A stretch of DNA of 63,574 nucleotides, filler included, from Sphacelaria rigidula (Eukaryota), in the NCBI GenBank assembly GCA_964200075.2. It is 6 parts of 6 records of this genome, joined end to end, with 100 filler letters (N's around TTAATTAATTAA, not from the genome) between each part and the next. Parts side by side here need not be neighbours in the genome. Positions count along the whole stretch, not along the records: positions 53,064 to 63,574 come from CAXNAA020006363.1; 5 more parts are not named here. One strand, written 5' to 3'. The translations under genes were made by a program, and so were the position numbers. Position 1 is the stretch's first letter, and each line of letters opens with the position of its first letter. Positions 62,821 to 63,574 of the stretch are shown here, in pieces. The notes below the pieces were generated by a model. The model had not been told where the DNA came from and did no database searches. It was given only the letters and a program-made list of their open reading frames with translations.

Positions 62821-63574
62821 CGAGCTGGGCCAGCCTAGAGGCGGATTTGAAGTTTGCAGGCCCGTGCTCTTTTATATATTTAGAGTTGGGCCCTGAACTT
62901 TGGTATGGACAGTGGATAGGGCATAAGAAAAAAATTACTGAAGTACCAAAAGGTTTTTTTTTTTCATGAGTTGAGGGCAATAATCGGTTTTCAGGTATCA
63001 CCAAAATGCCCTTAACTAATGAAAAAAAAAACTTCTGGTACTTCAGTATTTTTTTTTCGTAGGCCCTATGCACTGTCCATACCAAAGTTCAGAGCCCAAC
63101 TCTAAATGTATAAAAGAGCATGGGCCTATCAAAAATCGGGTCGGTAGAAATTCGGAACAGTATTTCGCAGGCCACTCACCGGCCCATGTTTGGTTTTCGT
63201 GTATTGAAATTTGGTGTGGGCGCTCTCTAAGGCATATTCAACAATTAAAGTGGGTTAGGTTGATTTTTTTCATTTTTATTCACTGGTTCAGGGTGTTCTA
63301 CTATGGTCAGGACCAATTTTTCACGAGAACGTCCGAACCTCTATGAAGAAAAAAAAAAATGAAGGCCCATTTTTTTTTTATTCCGCACACTTTTTTGGTT
63401 TCCCATGCTAACTTTCAAATCACAATTCTAGAAATTGAGCTACAACAGTGCGATAAAGCCTAAGAGCAACGTTCATTTTCCCTCAAAACTCCACTAAAAA
63501 CACGAAAAAAAATGAAAAAAAAATGAGAAAAGGTAGCAAGCCGTTTTATTTTATTTTATTATGCACTAGCGGTC
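62821..63574. mobile_element. Non-autonomous TIR element related to 1468-2855, truncated by the window end, with internal foldback 62858-63127
   Basis: TA|CGAGCTGGGCCAGCCTAGA terminus. Inverted arms of about 105 bp (AGGCCC.TGCTCTTTTATA..TTTAGAGTTGGGC.CTGAACTTTGGTATGGACAGTG). TTATGCACTAGCG is shared with about 2388. Confidence 0.75.

Overview
Eukaryotic, repeat-rich nuclear DNA, most likely a brown alga or other stramenopile (inferred from intron style and repeat and TE types). The window is not one contiguous locus. It is six scaffolds of near-identical length (4 x 10,513 nt, 2 x 10,511 nt) joined by 100-nt N44-TTAATTAATTAA-N44 linkers, so adjacency across linkers means nothing. Host genes: a complete 4-exon DHX40-like DEAH-box helicase with an RS-rich N-terminus (58268-61978, -); the 3' part of a VASt/StART-like lipid-transfer gene (53391-55588, +); a small membrane-protein gene resembling a plant plastid family, followed by downstream exons (34355-37713, +); one rhomboid-superfamily-like exon (8050-8195); and a hand-assembled candidate micro-exon gene for a Cys-rich multi-pass membrane protein (50363-51370), which the ORF track cannot see. 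Mobile DNA: two chromodomain Ty3/Gypsy elements (one with both LTRs and an RT deletion), a near-full-length decayed RTE-type LINE plus fragments, tRNA-derived SINEs (one with a 12-bp TSD), and several MITE/foldback families, including a GAG...CTC, 4-bp-TSD (Sola2-like) MITE. I found no CRISPR array, rRNA, true tRNA or clear multi-gene novel system. The best leads are the micro-exon gene, the structured RTE 5' UTR, the Sola-like MITE, the Gypsy with no visible PBS, and a triplicated exon/intron junction.
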